A stretch of DNA of 63,309 bases, filler included, from Choristocarpus tenellus KU-1152 (Eukaryota; Protista; Phaeophyceae): the NCBI GenBank assembly GCA_964200185.2. It is 13 parts of 13 records of this genome, joined end to end, with 100 filler letters (N's around TTAATTAATTAA, not from the genome) between each part and the next. Parts side by side here need not be neighbours in the genome. Positions count along the whole stretch, not along the records: positions 10,924 to 14,163 come from CAXNAD020021322.1; positions 14,264 to 18,802 come from CAXNAD020014096.1; positions 18,903 to 29,603 come from CAXNAD020002773.1; 10 more parts are not named here. One strand, given 5' to 3'. Below, one piece after another: positions 11,821-25,112 of the stretch. Made by a program: the position numbers and the translations under genes. Positions within the stretch are counted from its first letter, which is position 1, and each line of letters begins with the position of its first letter. The notes beneath the pieces are model-generated. The model saw only the letters and a program-made list of their open reading frames with translations. It was not told the DNA's origin and did not search any database.

Positions 11821-14025
11821 CCCGCAGCTATCTGGATGACACGTCCATTTCGGCGAGGGAGATCAACCCTATCACCATAGCTGTGCTTTCGAGCAGTTAA
11901 AAACTAATCTCCATGCGGTAGGCATCAACCTAAACATGGAAAAGACCTTTGCCGCACCTCCCTAAGGCCACCAACTCATGCCCTCGGAACTGGAGCTTCT
12001 CTCTGCAGCGGGAATCAACCTAGCCCCGAACCCCAATAGAACCTCCGGTGGGAACAGATGGTTTTATTCAAGCTCACATGGTGGAGGTGATCGAGAGCTC
12101 TGGGACACGAGCTTTGGGCACACACCTCAGCGAGATGGAGGACAAGCAGATGGCCTGACTCCTCAACTCCTGGTCCCTCTCCTCTCGGCTAGACTAACCT
12201 AGTGATCGTCACCCCCCCCCTCCTGGCACGCTCCACCATGGAGAAGGCAGATAACACCTCGTTATGGACACTAGAGAGGATAATGGAGGTAGCTGACTCG
12301 ACGGAGGTGACGGATTTCTTCGAGAGAGGGTGTAACAATGGGTCTCTTCGCCTAGAGACCCACCAACAACTACAGTCACAGATGCCCACAAGTTCAGGGG
12401 GTCTGGGCCTCTCCTCTATGAAACACCGCCAGCATGCAGCTTTCGTAGGATCACTTGTAGCTACTCTCCCCACCCTCCTCGCAAGGCAGCAAGGGCCTCA
12501 TGGTGAGTCCTTCTCGCAAGCTACCTGCACGAGTCCCACTATTCAGGCCTTAGGAACATCCATTCACTCCCTCCTAGCCACAGGTGTCCCCCCGGAAGAC
12601 CTTGCCGAAATCATTTGGCCAAGGCTGGGTAACCTGAGGGGGAACAACATCCCCTGCACCTGCCCCAGAGGTACATATCCTAGCTGCCCATGACGCCAGG
12701 ATCACAAGGAGGGCTCAACACGAGATCACACGCCTCCTCAACAAGATCCGTTTTGAGGACTTCAGGACACAACTGGCCGGCCTTCCAAGCGAGGCACACC
12801 AAGGGAGGGAAAGCTCCTCATTGGCCCTAGTGCGCCACCAGAGCCAGTGTGGACAAGGGGCAAACGCCTGGGCCTCGACTCAACCTCTGGCCCTATCCAG
12901 CAGCTGTCCAGTGACAGGGTGCAGGAGGCAAAATGTTGATATCAGACATGCCCGTACTTGCCCCAGGGAAGGGGCACAGGTACGACAGCACATTCCAATG
13001 GTGAAACGCCTGCACCAACTATGCAAAGGGATGGGCATCCCTTGCACTACGGAGGACGGTAGCCCTTTCACAGTGGACAGAAATCTCCCCATGGGTCTGG
13101 TGTTTCACGCATGGGCACTAGCGGATGCTGGAACAGCTCCCTACAGGGACAAAGGCCTTCCGCTAGACGTCACCTTCGCAGAGGTACAGGCAACTTCCCA
13201 CCTAACCCATCCACCAGCAATGGTGTAACTGCTGCTGCATCTGAGGCGCGAAAGTGCACCCACAACGAGGACTCCTTTGATCCTCGTAGTTATAACCTCA
13301 ACACCTTCGCGGTGGAAAGTTTTGGGCGGAACAGCAAGCAAGCGGAATGCTTCCTGGATGAGCTGACTACTCACACTGTAGGGGGGAGAGGAACTGGAGA
13401 ATTTAGTAGAAAAGGAGTAGTCAAATCCCGCCAACGTCAAATTGTCTCGGTGACTACGCAGGTGGAACTGTCTCGACGTGTCATGCGTTTTAAGCTAGAG
13501 TCACCAGGGAGATGGGCACGGAGAGGTTTATTGGATTCTTGAGATGCCTCCCTAGCTCCTCCACCAGGAGCGCAGGAGTAGGTAGATTGGAGACACAGGA
13601 ACAGTCAAAGTATCTTAGAGGGTAGGGCCGTGTCCATATGGGAGTCAAAATTCAATGTTGCAATTTTGATGTAATTTTGGCTATTGTGTTCGTTGGGAAT
13701 TGTCAATATCCTTGTTCCAGACACACCATTTCATAACATATACATTTTACCTACTCCGAAACATTTTGAGATAGGAAAACGTCGTAAAAAACCCCATGGG
13801 AAGTCAAGCCCCAAATGGACAAATAGGGAAAAATTCATACACTCTAAGATACTTTCACTCGGAAGGCAGTAGTACAATATTGATAGTGGGGAAGTAACAA
13901 ATGGATGAGTGTTTTTGACATTGATGATATTTTATTTCTTTAGGGTATATCCTGACGTATGTATAATTTTTATTTGTTTCCCCCCTGAAACATCTGCAAA
14001 ATGTCACAGGGCATAATAATAATAA
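11821..14025 (+). mobile_element. 5'-truncated, degenerate CRE-like non-LTR retrotransposon (RT plus restriction-like endonuclease)
   Basis: SYLDD RT motif at 11826, then GINLNMEKT, QMPTSSGGLGL, the Zn knuckle CPVTGC..HARTC, and endonuclease motifs RQH..LDVTF..K..AVESFGR. 3' UTR ends in a hairpin and (TAA)n tail near 14025. Frameshifts and stops present. Confidence 0.85.
13602..13860 (+). mobile_element. MITE family A inserted in the CRE 3' UTR, TSD GGAA
   Basis: GGAA at 13598-13601 and 13861-13864. The empty site (cacaggaaggcag) is seen in the inverted CRE copy near 14078-14090. Confidence 0.92.
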
Positions 14026-14163
14026 ATGTGAAAGACACTAATCCATATGTGACTTCACCACTATCAATATTGTACTACTGCCTTCCTGTGTCTCCAATCT
14101 ACCTATACCTGTACCGTGGGGGGAGGAGCTAGGGAGGCCTCTCAAGGATCCAATTAACCCCTC
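14026..14163 (-). mobile_element. Second CRE-like copy (end of ORF and 3' UTR), inverted
   Basis: Its reverse complement aligns with 13521-13601 plus 13865-13920. Confidence 0.85.
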
Positions 14164-14538
14164 NNNNNNNNNNNNNNNNNNNNNNNNNNNNNNNNNNNNN
14201 NNNNNNNTTAATTAATTAANNNNNNNNNNNNNNNNNNNNNNNNNNNNNNNNNNNNNNNNNNNNGGAGGGGGCAGGGGCAGAGGTCAAGGTTCAAGCGGTT
14301 TACCTACCCTAGCATGTATGCAAGCACCAGGGGGGAGTAGGGGGGGGAAGTCAGGGAGACTATGGTCATTGTTCTGTCCATTGGGGAGGTCAATAAAATG
14401 CCTTTGTATGGCACCATACTCAGCAGGTATGGAACAGTCTTGTTTTCACAGATAATAGATCAAGGAGCACAAGCACATGTGCATGCACACGCAGTCAAAA
14501 TCGTCAAACTACCAGCCCCCCCCCCCCCCCCACCCCAC

Positions 14539-17500
14539 CTGTTGGCCGCCTCCTTGAATTGTCCAAGGAGTTCCATGACAGCTGCAGGGGTGTAGCTTGC
14601 CTGGGAGATCTCACTGTCTCTCGCAATGACAGGGCTCCGTAATGGGAAACGGAAGAGTGTACCTTCAAAACGACTTTTCAAATCACACCCAAAGAACACA
14701 TACGGCGAAAATTGATCCGGAAACTGCGCCAGGAGGTCTGTGTCAGCAAATCGAACCTGTTGTGATGCAAGAACCACCGTGAAGATGTGGGTGTGATATC
14801 ATGTACAGGGATAGGACAGGGGGGGGGGGGGAGTTAAGAAGGAGACTTTTGCTGCGGCAAGGATATTGAAACAGTTTTTGAAGGTGGGACAGGGATCTGA
14901 ACACAGCAATGGGATCAATTGGGAAGGGGGTGAGACAAAGTGATGAGAAGGTGGGTCAATTGCAAGAGGCTCTCTTAAGGCGGAGGAGATGATGTACACT
15001 GTACTGTACCTTTCATCACATGCACAGTGCGCACTGATCACACGTTACACCAGCATAGCACACCACACTGCCTTCAAGTTGGGTGTATTTACATACATCC
15101 AAAGTGATGAGAACTTGATTTGTGCCTTGAAGGGTTGATGATGGCAGTTACATATTGCAACCACAATAACGCCAGTCAGTCGGTACCTAACATCAACCCA
15201 AACCCCGTGAACACATAAAACCCTAGTCCTGTACACTGGATTTGAAGGGTCATGCAGTCCAGGGTGAGAGGTAGGAACAGACACGTCCACACACAGGTGG
15301 GAAGGTAAGGCAAAAAAGGTGGGGCGGGGAGAAAAGGGAAAGGGATAAATGTCGAGCCAAACCATTTCTTCTTTTGTTCTCTTTCTCACCTTGATACCTG
15401 GCTGCGAGGAAGTCGCCCCTGGCAGATACTTTGTGTGAGGGTCAAAAACCACCAGGTGGTCTCCTGTCACAAAGCTGGGCAGGTCCGTGAAATGGTAAAC
15501 AGCATTGAACCCCAGTCCAAACCTTCCCGTGGCCGCCAGCTTGTCCAACTTTGACCCCTGCAAACAAATCGGGGTGGGGAAGTAAGGTAGGGAGGAAGGG
15601 AGGGAGGGAGGGAAGGAGGTACGCATGGAGATGTCATAAGTGCACACATAAGTGCATTCCAAGGAAGAGATAATGGGGGTGGAGGATGAGGAAAAGAGGG
15701 GTCATTCAATGCACCATTATTGGGGGTATGCAACACATAGACAATGAAACAGTCGCACAATCCAGCAAAGGAGAAAGAAGGACTCGCTCTTGAAACAGCA
15801 ACTGAACGACAAGCACACCACAGCAAGCATTCAAAGACCGATGCGATCAAGGCAACTCAACAATAGCAACAACAACTAATACTCCACACCGTGCCTGCAT
15901 GCTACCATTGTCATAAAATAAAACCCCCAAAAAAAAATTCTGCACAGAAGTCATAGTTATTCACGAGATGAACTCTCAACCATACTCAAGTCCTTCTACA
16001 GATAGTCCAGAACATCATCACAGACTGCCATCCAGAGAGTGCTTTGGCCCCAAGAACCAGCCGAAACCTCCAAATAACAACACGAACTTCTGGTACCGCA
16101 GACCAGTACCAATCACGTACCTGTCCAACTTTGGCAAGGTTCTGGAAATCCCTCTCTGTGAATGTAGCATCATTGTACACATACAAACTAGGTCCCTGCC
16201 AGGATTCAAGGGCCGGTCCTAGCAAACTCCCATTGCCATACTCCTGTGCATTATATGTAAAGGCGTTGGTCATTCCCAAGGTTAGAGTAGTTTGGGGGGG
16301 GGAGGGGAGTAACAGCATGATTGCCAGCGGCACAAAATCATATTGATCGAGAACACCCAACCATTTCTTTGGACCTTCAACATAATTGTATCACCAAGCA
16401 CAAAAAAACGGCACTAGGTTTGGAAAACCTTGCACAAACATGGGGAACACTGCTTGAGAAAGCCTTACCATCCTGACCACTGTAAAAAGACCCACACCTA
16501 AAAGCAAGTATATCTTTCAGAAAAATAACATCAACAAAAGTAGGATTTGGGTTTTACTTTTTGGAAAAAAAAACCCTTCATGTGTAATATGCATTGTTGA
16601 TCCTGCAACACTTAAAATTGTATGTTTCAACTAACAATAGAACTCTTAACTCCACACCCACCATATATATATATATATACATGTACACACACATATATAC
16701 ATATGTTTACGTATATAGATTTCCACCAATACATAAAGGCATCACTAAATGACAAGGCCCATCTGCACACAGAGCACTTTCCTGTCAGTCGACAAGCCAA
16801 CTAAAATAATTTTAAAAAAATCAACACATTCTTACATCATCAGACCACAATAAAAAAAGGAAGGTTACCGAAACAAAACAACTCCCTCTGGTAAAAAAAA
16901 AAAACGAAGAAGAGAGTGAAAAAAAAAGCCACGCTTGTAGAAACCCCTTGCACCCAAGGAGTCCTCAGTCCGCACTAACCCTAAACCTCAAAAACAAAAC
17001 CATGCAAAGCAAACAAAAACCAGTTGCGGTCGCATCAACTGAGGTAAGCCCAGCCTAAATTAACAATACGCCATCCACGGTGCTTATCGTTGCCAAGCCA
17101 ACACAACCTCACATACAGCATGTGAGCACTGGAACCGACCCATGTTCTACACTACAGTCAAAGCAATAGATAGCACTCAACCTCTTACATGGACGAACCT
17201 TCACATCCCATAACTAACAATTTCGCTAACTCACAGAACAGCAGGGAGTCATCACGACCTCGTGATCCCCTGATACACACTTACAAACATACACATAAAC
17301 ACACAGTATTGAAACATAGGTTACACCCAATGCACACTAGTTCACACTACTCAACAATCATATCTGATCCAACAATCATATCTGATCCAACAATCATTAC
17401 ACCGTGTGTCTTAACAGATACCAAGTCAAATATGCTTTAGTGAGGGGGGACATAGGCTCTACTAAATAAACAAACTTGTGCAATTACGACTCAGCACTTG

Positions 17501-18134
17501 TCTCACACATGGTATAGTTCAGACAGTTACAACTATAATTTTTTTTGTCCAATTACAACTCAGTATTCGTCTCACACATGGTATAGTTCAGACAGTTACA
17601 ACTATAATTTTTTTTGTCCAATTACAACTCAGTATTCGTCTCACACACGGTATAGTTCAGACAGTTACAACTATAAAATTTTTTGTCCAATTACAACTCA
17701 GTATTCGTCTCACACACAGTCTAGTTCAGACAGTTACAACTGTAAAAAAATTTGTCCAACTACAAGTCAGTATTCATCTCACACACAGTCTAGTTCAGAC
17801 AGTTACAACTGTAAAATTTTTTGTCCAACTACAAGTCAGTATTCATCTCACACACAGTCTAGTTCAGACAGTTACAACTGTAAAAAAATTTGTCCAACTA
17901 CAACTCAGTATTCATCTCACACACGGTCTAGTTCACACAGTTACAACTGTAAAAAAACGCCTCCTTGTTGAGTTCCATGACCTACCACACAGCAGGGATG
18001 ACCCTTTCTGTTTCAACACACAACCTCCCTCCCCACCACCCCTGCCAGGCCATGCCCTCACCCGAGTGTTGAGCATGATCTTCACAGTACAAGCCCCTGC
18101 ATCATCAGCATTCTGCACCAGCTCGCTCAGGATG
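14539..18134 (-). CDS. SACS: Sacsin-like protein, HSP90-like ATPase repeat region (exons 18134-18062, 16243-16121, 15557-15390, 14756-14539; partial gene)
   Basis: ILSELVQNADDAGA, WQGPSLYVYNDATFTERDF, TGRFGLGFNAVYHFTDLPSF, VFDPH and GTLFRFPLR are sacsin-repeat motifs. All exons are AG/GT-bounded and in phase. Confidence 0.92.
17477..17958. repeat. 60-bp minisatellite, ~8 copies, in a sacsin intron
   Basis: Unit tgtccaa(t/c)tacaactcagtattc(g/a)tctcacacac..tagttcagacagttacaact(a/g)taaaa.ttt recurs with a period of about 60. Confidence 0.95.
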
Positions 18135-19279
18135 CTAATTATCAAACAACAAAGGCCAGGGAAACATCAACAACGATGAATGTGTTCCAAGCAGGTAGCC
18201 AAGCACCAAGCCAACCCACAGGACGCACAGAGCGGATGCAACAGAGGTTTGTTTGTTTGTTTGTTTGTTTCTTTGTTTTAAAAGAAGAGAGGTATCGAAT
18301 ATGGAAGTGAGGAAAAACAGTAACAGGAACATTTTTTTTTTTTTAGAATGACGAGCGGGGGGGGGTAGTTTAGGTCTGTGTCAGAGGAAAGGATAATACA
18401 TTTCGGGTAATATTTTCTGCGTGTGACTTGGAAGGCGTTTGGTGTAGAGCAATGGGTGCAAAACCAAGAGGTGTACCTCACAGCGACAAAATGTGGGTTA
18501 CGCATGCGGCTTTCGTTTTTCGATATTGACAAATTCCATGGGGGAGGGGCTCTGGTGAAAGAGGAGATGTGCTGATGGACTTACAGCACCGCAAAGTCTG
18601 AACAACCCTAACCCTAACCAACAACTGACCATAACGATCGTCCAGTCGCCTAGCCCATCCAACCAAAAGCCCTGCAAAAACAGACAATTTTTAAAACGTC
18701 CTCTGCATCACCGTGCACCTCATCAAGCAACCACAGCACCCCCACCACCCTTTTGTCCCTCTACTCCTCCCATATCACCCCTCACAAGAACACCCCCCCC
18801 CCNNNNNNNNNNNNNNNNNNNNNNNNNNNNNNNNNNNNNNNNNNNNTTAATTAATTAANNNNNNNNNNNNNNNNNNNNNNNNNNNNNNNNNNNNNNNNNN
18901 NNCAAGCGAGCAATCCAACGCAGGGCATACATGTGCACGACGATCAAACGAAATCATTGCTGCCCCCCACACACTGTCCTAGCAGGGCCCTTAAAAAGTG
19001 CAGCAGCATTTACAAAAAAAAACATATGGACACTTTCCGCGCACCATTTTCGGTCAAACCCATCCTCCATAGTATGCTCCATCCTCAATTTCGGCGATCG
19101 GCTGTTATTTCAAGGCTAATGAACTACCTCTAGAAGTAAGATAAGACAGGAGAAAAGCTATAGATGAGAAATCTAGAATAAATGAAGTTCTGGAAGGAGG
19201 ATGTAGTTTTGGGTGCCGTACCCTTGCGATGATATTCACTTCTAAAGCCTCACCAAACTTACACACTTTATAATCAAGA

Positions 19280-19527
19280 ACCGAAACAATCAAGGGCACA
19301 CCCTGGACTGAGAGAGTATCTCACTACTAGGGAGAAGTCCGTGCCAAGGAGTGACTGTAGTGGATATTTGTATGGGAGGCCATGGTGTCCTGAAGGTATG
19401 CTTGATCATGTGATTTATGACTCTGTAATCTACACCAAACACACCCGTCGTAAGACTGTAACTGCCTATGGATGTGATGTATGTCCTCAAACGCCAGGGC
19501 AGCACTTCGTACTGTTTCAGAGGCTAC
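19280..19527 (+). pseudogene. H4: Histone H4 pseudogene
   Basis: Frameshifted pieces TIKG(T), HGVLKV, VIYDSVIYTKHTRRKTVTA and MDVMYVLKRQGSTSYCFRG match H4 [54 protein letters not shown]. Confidence 0.85.
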
Positions 19528-20152
19528 ATCTCCACCACCCTTCCTCTTCAAATCCGTTGTACCGATTGCACCCTCGTGTTGTACTCGATCACAACACATG
19601 GTGTCTTCTCAACACCACCTAGTAGGGAAGAAGCTTTAATACTAACATGAAAAGGGTGCTTGTGTCCTCTTTGTGGAAACCCATTGTTGTCGACTCTATT
19701 GCTAGCCACTGGAGGCTGCACAGGTAATGTAACTTTTCGGATTTGAGCCTGGGCATACGAAGATACCACCAGGTTGGTCTACACATCTGCAAAATCCCAA
19801 TTTTGCAAGGTAGACCCCTAACATTCAAGAAACAGTCTTCATTCCAGGGTGTAAAGATCTTGGAGTGAACGTTTCTGTATTCCTTTTCAAATGTGTGTGT
19901 ATGGAGTCGTTGCTGAGTAGTTGACAAGTGCTTACCTCCTTTCATATGAAAACCTTCCACCAGCAGATTATCTCTCCAGTCAGACCACTTACTGTTGCAC
20001 AGTAGCTCATTCCATACTATTATGAGTCATGTTTCCCCCAAATATTGTCCTCTCGTCACCTATTGAAAAAACTTTGTTTGCTTTATTCCAAGTTTTCCTA
20101 CCTAGTATATTTAGGTTGATTTGTGCTAAGGTTATGGATAGCTCATATTTTT

Positions 20153-20458
20153 AGCTCGAAGTATCTGGGGGGGGGGGGGGTCTACACCAGGATGTCCATT
20201 TGGACCCAGNNNNNNNNNNCTCTTTTTTTTTTTGTTTTGTTTTTTTTTTATTTTGAGTGGTCTTCTTTTTTTTAGGCTAAAGTTTCGGGGGGGGGGGGGG
20301 GTCTACACCAGGATGTCCATTTGGACCCAGACCCGGAGAAGTGCACTTATATAATCCACCCGACACATGCAACCATATCACCCAAAAATCGTGACATACA
20401 AAAAATTAAAAATGGCCCCTGAATGGGCAGCCGCCACCCCCTCCAGATACTTGGAGCA
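20153..20458 (+). mobile_element. MITE family B (5' part duplicated across a small N gap)
   Basis: gctcgaagtatct-polyG-tctacaccagg...gccacccc..cagatacttggagc. Confidence 0.8.
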
Positions 20459-20660
20459 AGTCTATGTTCAGAGTTGTATATGAGAGGTGTGGTTAATGAC
20501 TATCCCCAATTGATACTTGAGTTGCGGCCTTCACAGCAGATAGGCGGTGTATATCCAGGCATTTTGTTGCTTAAAATGGGATTTCAGTGATGTTCATTTC
20601 ATACTGTTTGCCCTTCAAGGTTAACCAAAATGTTATATGTGATGGGTTTGTTAAACGGTG

Positions 20661-20917
20661 GAGTCAAAGTATCTTAGAGGGCAGAGCCGCGTCCATTTGG
20701 GGGCCAAAATCCAATGTTGCGATTTTGATGTAATTTTGGCCATCGTGTTTGTTAGGGAGTGTCAATATCCATATTCTGGACACACCTTTCATAACGTATA
20801 CATTTTACCTACTCCGAAACATCTTGGAGTTGGAAAGTGCCATTGAAAACCCATGGGAAGCCATGCCCCATATGAACAAACAGGGCAAAACTCGCACCCT
20901 CTAAGTTACTTTCATTC
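20661..20917 (+). mobile_element. MITE family A
   Basis: TIRs gagtcaaagtatcttagaggg ... ccctctaagttactttcattc. Confidence 0.88.
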
Positions 20918-21729
20918 TGTACTATATATCTGCATTGGGTACGACCCTTCTAGTGGCATATGTCACTTGAAACCTACCACAGCAAATGTTGGGCACTCTT
21001 ATCCACAGGGAGAAGTGTGAAGGTTTAGTGGTGCATCTCTGGTTCTTGAACGTGGTTTCTGAATGCATTGACGTAATCCTGTGGTTTCCAATCCACTCTT
21101 GGGTGTTGAATTTGAGATAACGCTTCCTACAACAGGAAAATAATGATACAAAGGGGAACCCTGTTGCCGTACAACCTATATCTGCCCCACTCCACCTAAT
21201 GTTACACCTATCTCACCACTCTATTCTCACCCTCCACTACCGATCCTTGATTCCTCATTGCATCGTATTTATGATGAAAGTTGTAAGCAGTGGACAACCC
21301 TGTCTAGCCCTTGATGTGAAATTTGGTATTGCAATAATAGGCTTTGCCAGGAATGCAAAATACAATGGAAGGTGAGAAAAAGTCGCTCCAAGGTCGAGCC
21401 AAGACTTGTCAACTTGTTCCACTGATATTGAAGGGGCTGGATGGAAGTGACAGGAGATGTTGAGCAGTTATTAACATGAAAGAAGGGGCACTTGATCTTC
21501 CATGCAATGCATTCATTGTGTTTGTAGCACTTTTTTGGAGATACGTCATTCAAGATTGACGATAATGGGATATGGTAAACGAAGATCAACGTTTGCACAC
21601 ATATAATAGAAAGAATCAAAATTTACTCCGGAAAAATGAGACGTATCACCCCGCAAACTTCCTCAAAATGTTGGTATAGCTCTGGTCACTGTGGTGATCT
21701 TTGGATAAGACAAAATTGATATGAACTAG

Positions 21730-21915
21730 GACCCAAAGTACCTGGGGGGGGAGGGGGGGTCTACACCAGAGTGTCCATTTGGACCAAAACCAGGAAAACT
21801 GCACTTTCAATATCCATCCAACGTATGGAACCAAATAACCCAAACATCGCGACATGAAAAAATTGAATTGACCCCAAATGGACAGCCGCCACCCCCCTCC
21901 CAGATACCTTGAGCC
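21730..21915 (+). mobile_element. MITE family B (~185 bp)
   Basis: gacccaaagtacctggggg ... cccagataccttgagcc. Confidence 0.85.
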
Positions 21916-23578
21916 TAAGGAATGCGACATACATTAAGGAGCTCTAGTCGGTAGTGTTGCGAATTGTAGCGATCGATAAATGTATCAGTTGGGATTAATT
22001 AAGGAGTAATCTGAGTTTCGTGAGCGTGAGAATTCGCTGTGGTAGGGATGCAAACCAGCTGACATTTGTGAAAAAAGAAAATAAAGTAGGGGCGACAAAA
22101 GGTTAGAAATTGTATGGCTTAAGAGGAGACCTGGTAGTCAGGAAATTGACAAAAAAAAGTAGTGGCACTAGGGGACATGGACTAAGGATAAGTAGACTGA
22201 GAAAGAAACCTCAAAGTCTAAGTTTTCAAAGTTTGAGGAAGGACTAGGGAGGCAGGACAAAGGCAACCTCTGATAAATCTTTCCCGACCACCTAACCTCT
22301 CAATTTCCTACAATGGACTGAGATATTGGTGGACGGAGGTCAAGGTCGGGTGGGGTGGATTCCTTCTAGTTCAATGGTATAGTAAAAGAGCGGATGGTGT
22401 TAGGGTGCTCTTGAAGGAACATGGAGTAGTGCGGAAAATTGGGAACGTTTTGGAGGAATGAGGAGTGTCAAGAATGGAGGTGGAGCGTTTTGGAAGGATT
22501 GATGTTGGAGGGGATTCCCGGAAATTGGCTATAGTGACTGGTGATTGGATACAGGGAAATTGGTCATACAGTTGGTTGTTATGGAGTGGGGTGACGCCAG
22601 TTAAGGTGTCAAGTGGATTTAAGACTAGGGGTGGCTAACTAATTAATCCAGAATTCGTGAACAAAGCAAAAAAATTCGATCTTAACCAAACAGAAAGAGG
22701 AGGGAATCGCGCGCTGCTTGCACAGCTTCGTAATTTTGCGTTCTTCAATTCGTGTGATATATATCTTTGATTATAATCGAGTGGATAGAAGCTTTTTGAG
22801 CCAATTAATATTGTACTCACATTGACAAATGCTTTTAATCCATAACACTACTATTTCTGCTTTTAGGTTGCAGTTTGCTCAAACCACCCATGCTATCTGC
22901 AACACTCTGCATTACCAGGTGATGAGATGAAGATAAAAAATACGATCACAGTATCACCTTTGGTCTAACATGCTAATGCATGGCAATCATTTTGTTGCAG
23001 CAAGTAATGGAATGTAACGGTCCCACCGTAATACACCACTTCTTGGGTTCTGTAGCTAAGAGGTATCAATCACTCATGTTCGGTCATGGACCATCAAGGG
23101 ATAAACCTCTTGAAAGCAATCCCTACATAAAGAATCACAGATGTCTTTATGCCGTGCTGTGGTGATGTACCGCTGTGTGTACATTTGGAGCACTTTGCTC
23201 GTAGAACTTTGATTACTTGTCACACTGTACACCTCATCTTGAATGTCAAGCGATGCAAACGTCAAGCAAGAACTAAACAAGGGAAGGCTGCTGACACACA
23301 CATTAATGGGATTGTCCTTGTACCATTGAATGTGCTGTGTCGTGTGCTTGCCATTTCATCGTCACGTAACCAAAGTCATGTTTCTGACACGACTCTAATA
23401 CTGCTTTTTCGCATTGACTGTGCACTATCTACTAACCCTTGTTCACCAGAGCCTTTTATCTCCTCTTTTTTGTGCTCTGATCAGTGGGACAAAGGTATAC
23501 ATTCCAAGTCCGTTCGTCATCATTGCGACTGCAAGTTGCCTTCATGTAGACTTGCTCGGTGCATAAACTGTCCTTAAA

Positions 23579-23760
23579 GGCTCAAAGTATCTGGGGGTGG
23601 GGGGGGGTCTACACCACGGTGTCCATTTGGACCCTGACCAGGAAAGGTCCACTTACATTATCCATCTGACACATGCAACCAAATCACCCAAAAATTGCGA
23701 CATGGAAAATTGGGCCCTAAATGGACAGTCGCCCCTCCCCCCCCCAAGATACTTAGAGCC
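23579..23760 (+). mobile_element. MITE family B
   Basis: ggctcaaagtatctgggg ... ccaagatacttagagcc. Confidence 0.87.
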
Positions 23761-25112
23761 AAAGCCCTTCCTGTACACAAAATAATATATAATTTAGTTC
23801 GTAATTGGTTACCCAACATCACTCAAATCGGTCATTGTTGTAATACTGTACAAGGTACTTTTATGCTGGCCCTGATAATGTGCTATTACTCTAGCTTGAA
23901 CGAAGACTCCACATGTGCTGTGTATATACCCCCTTCATAGTTTTGTCCAATGTGTTTCTCCAGGACACATATGCACATCACCAAGGCATGACATTTTGGG
24001 CTATTACTGTCGTTGTCTTCCCTCGCAACCAATTTTCAGCCGTTCTCTTACTGTATCCTCGAGCTGGAGCATCCTTTTCAAAGACATCACAAATGCTCAA
24101 GTGGATATGAAGAACTTCTGAGGTGCATGGTAGCGAGTGTGAGAATATCTGGGCTGTTTTTCTTCTTTAATGTTGATTTTGTCCACATTTCAAAAAGGAA
24201 TATTCCTCAAGTGGTGAAAGTAGTATCATCACACGATGTAGAAGCCACAGCTGGCATCTAATTCAAAATCATAATGTTGACCCTTCAATTTCAGTCTTCC
24301 TTATCCACCTTCTCACTTCATATACCTTAGGTTGATATCTAGCTTCGTGTTACTATCTGGTTTAGTGATCCTATGGAGATGACAAAACCACGTCAATGTG
24401 ATTTACCCATTTGTGGTTTTGTTTTTGTTGTAAAAGTGCGTTTGTCTCTATGAAACGCTGTTTCTCTATTTCTACCTGGAATACGGTGCTGGTGTCCTGC
24501 GCGATGTATGTATATGCTGCATTTTTCTGAACGTGTCTAGATATTTGATTGGATCGATGTACACTTTGATAGTAGGACGCTAACTGCAGTCTCAAGCAGT
24601 ATTGCAAGTCTATCTTTCTTTTGTTGTTTGAGATGTTCGTATGGTAGTCCCTAAATTCATCTGAAGAGCACCATGCCCATTCTACAAATATGGTTCTGCC
24701 TCCTATTTTTTTATTCTCGTCCTGAAAAGATAGATACAACAGCTCCCTATCACGAGGTTGCTCATGAAGGCGAAAAAGATCTCCAGGCCTTAGATATATC
24801 AACCAATTTCCACAGCAAGAGATGGAAGAACTTGGATGGACATTCTACAAGGGAACAGTGGGAGAAACAGACGAGGGAGGAGGAGACTCTGTTTGGAAGA
24901 TTGAAGACAATGAGGAACTGGGGGGTTGAGGGCTGGTGTATTCCAAGAATACAAGGTAGAGAAGTTGAAATTTGAGGCAGTATCAAAGTCTGAGACTTGA
25001 CTATTCGTAAGGGGAATAATTTTCCGGAATTGAAGGGGTGAAAGGGAGTAAGAGGTACTCAAGGCAGATGATGGTGTGTTGCAGAGATATTTTTAAATGC
25101 ATGGGAGGGAAA

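Noticed and set aside
17478-18179. 233-aa and 157-aa repetitive ORFs
   Set aside because: Products of a 60-bp minisatellite (period divisible by 3) lying antisense in a sacsin intron.
24371-24802. 143-aa minus-strand ORF
   Set aside because: No recognisable motif, and the opposite strand looks more exon-like.
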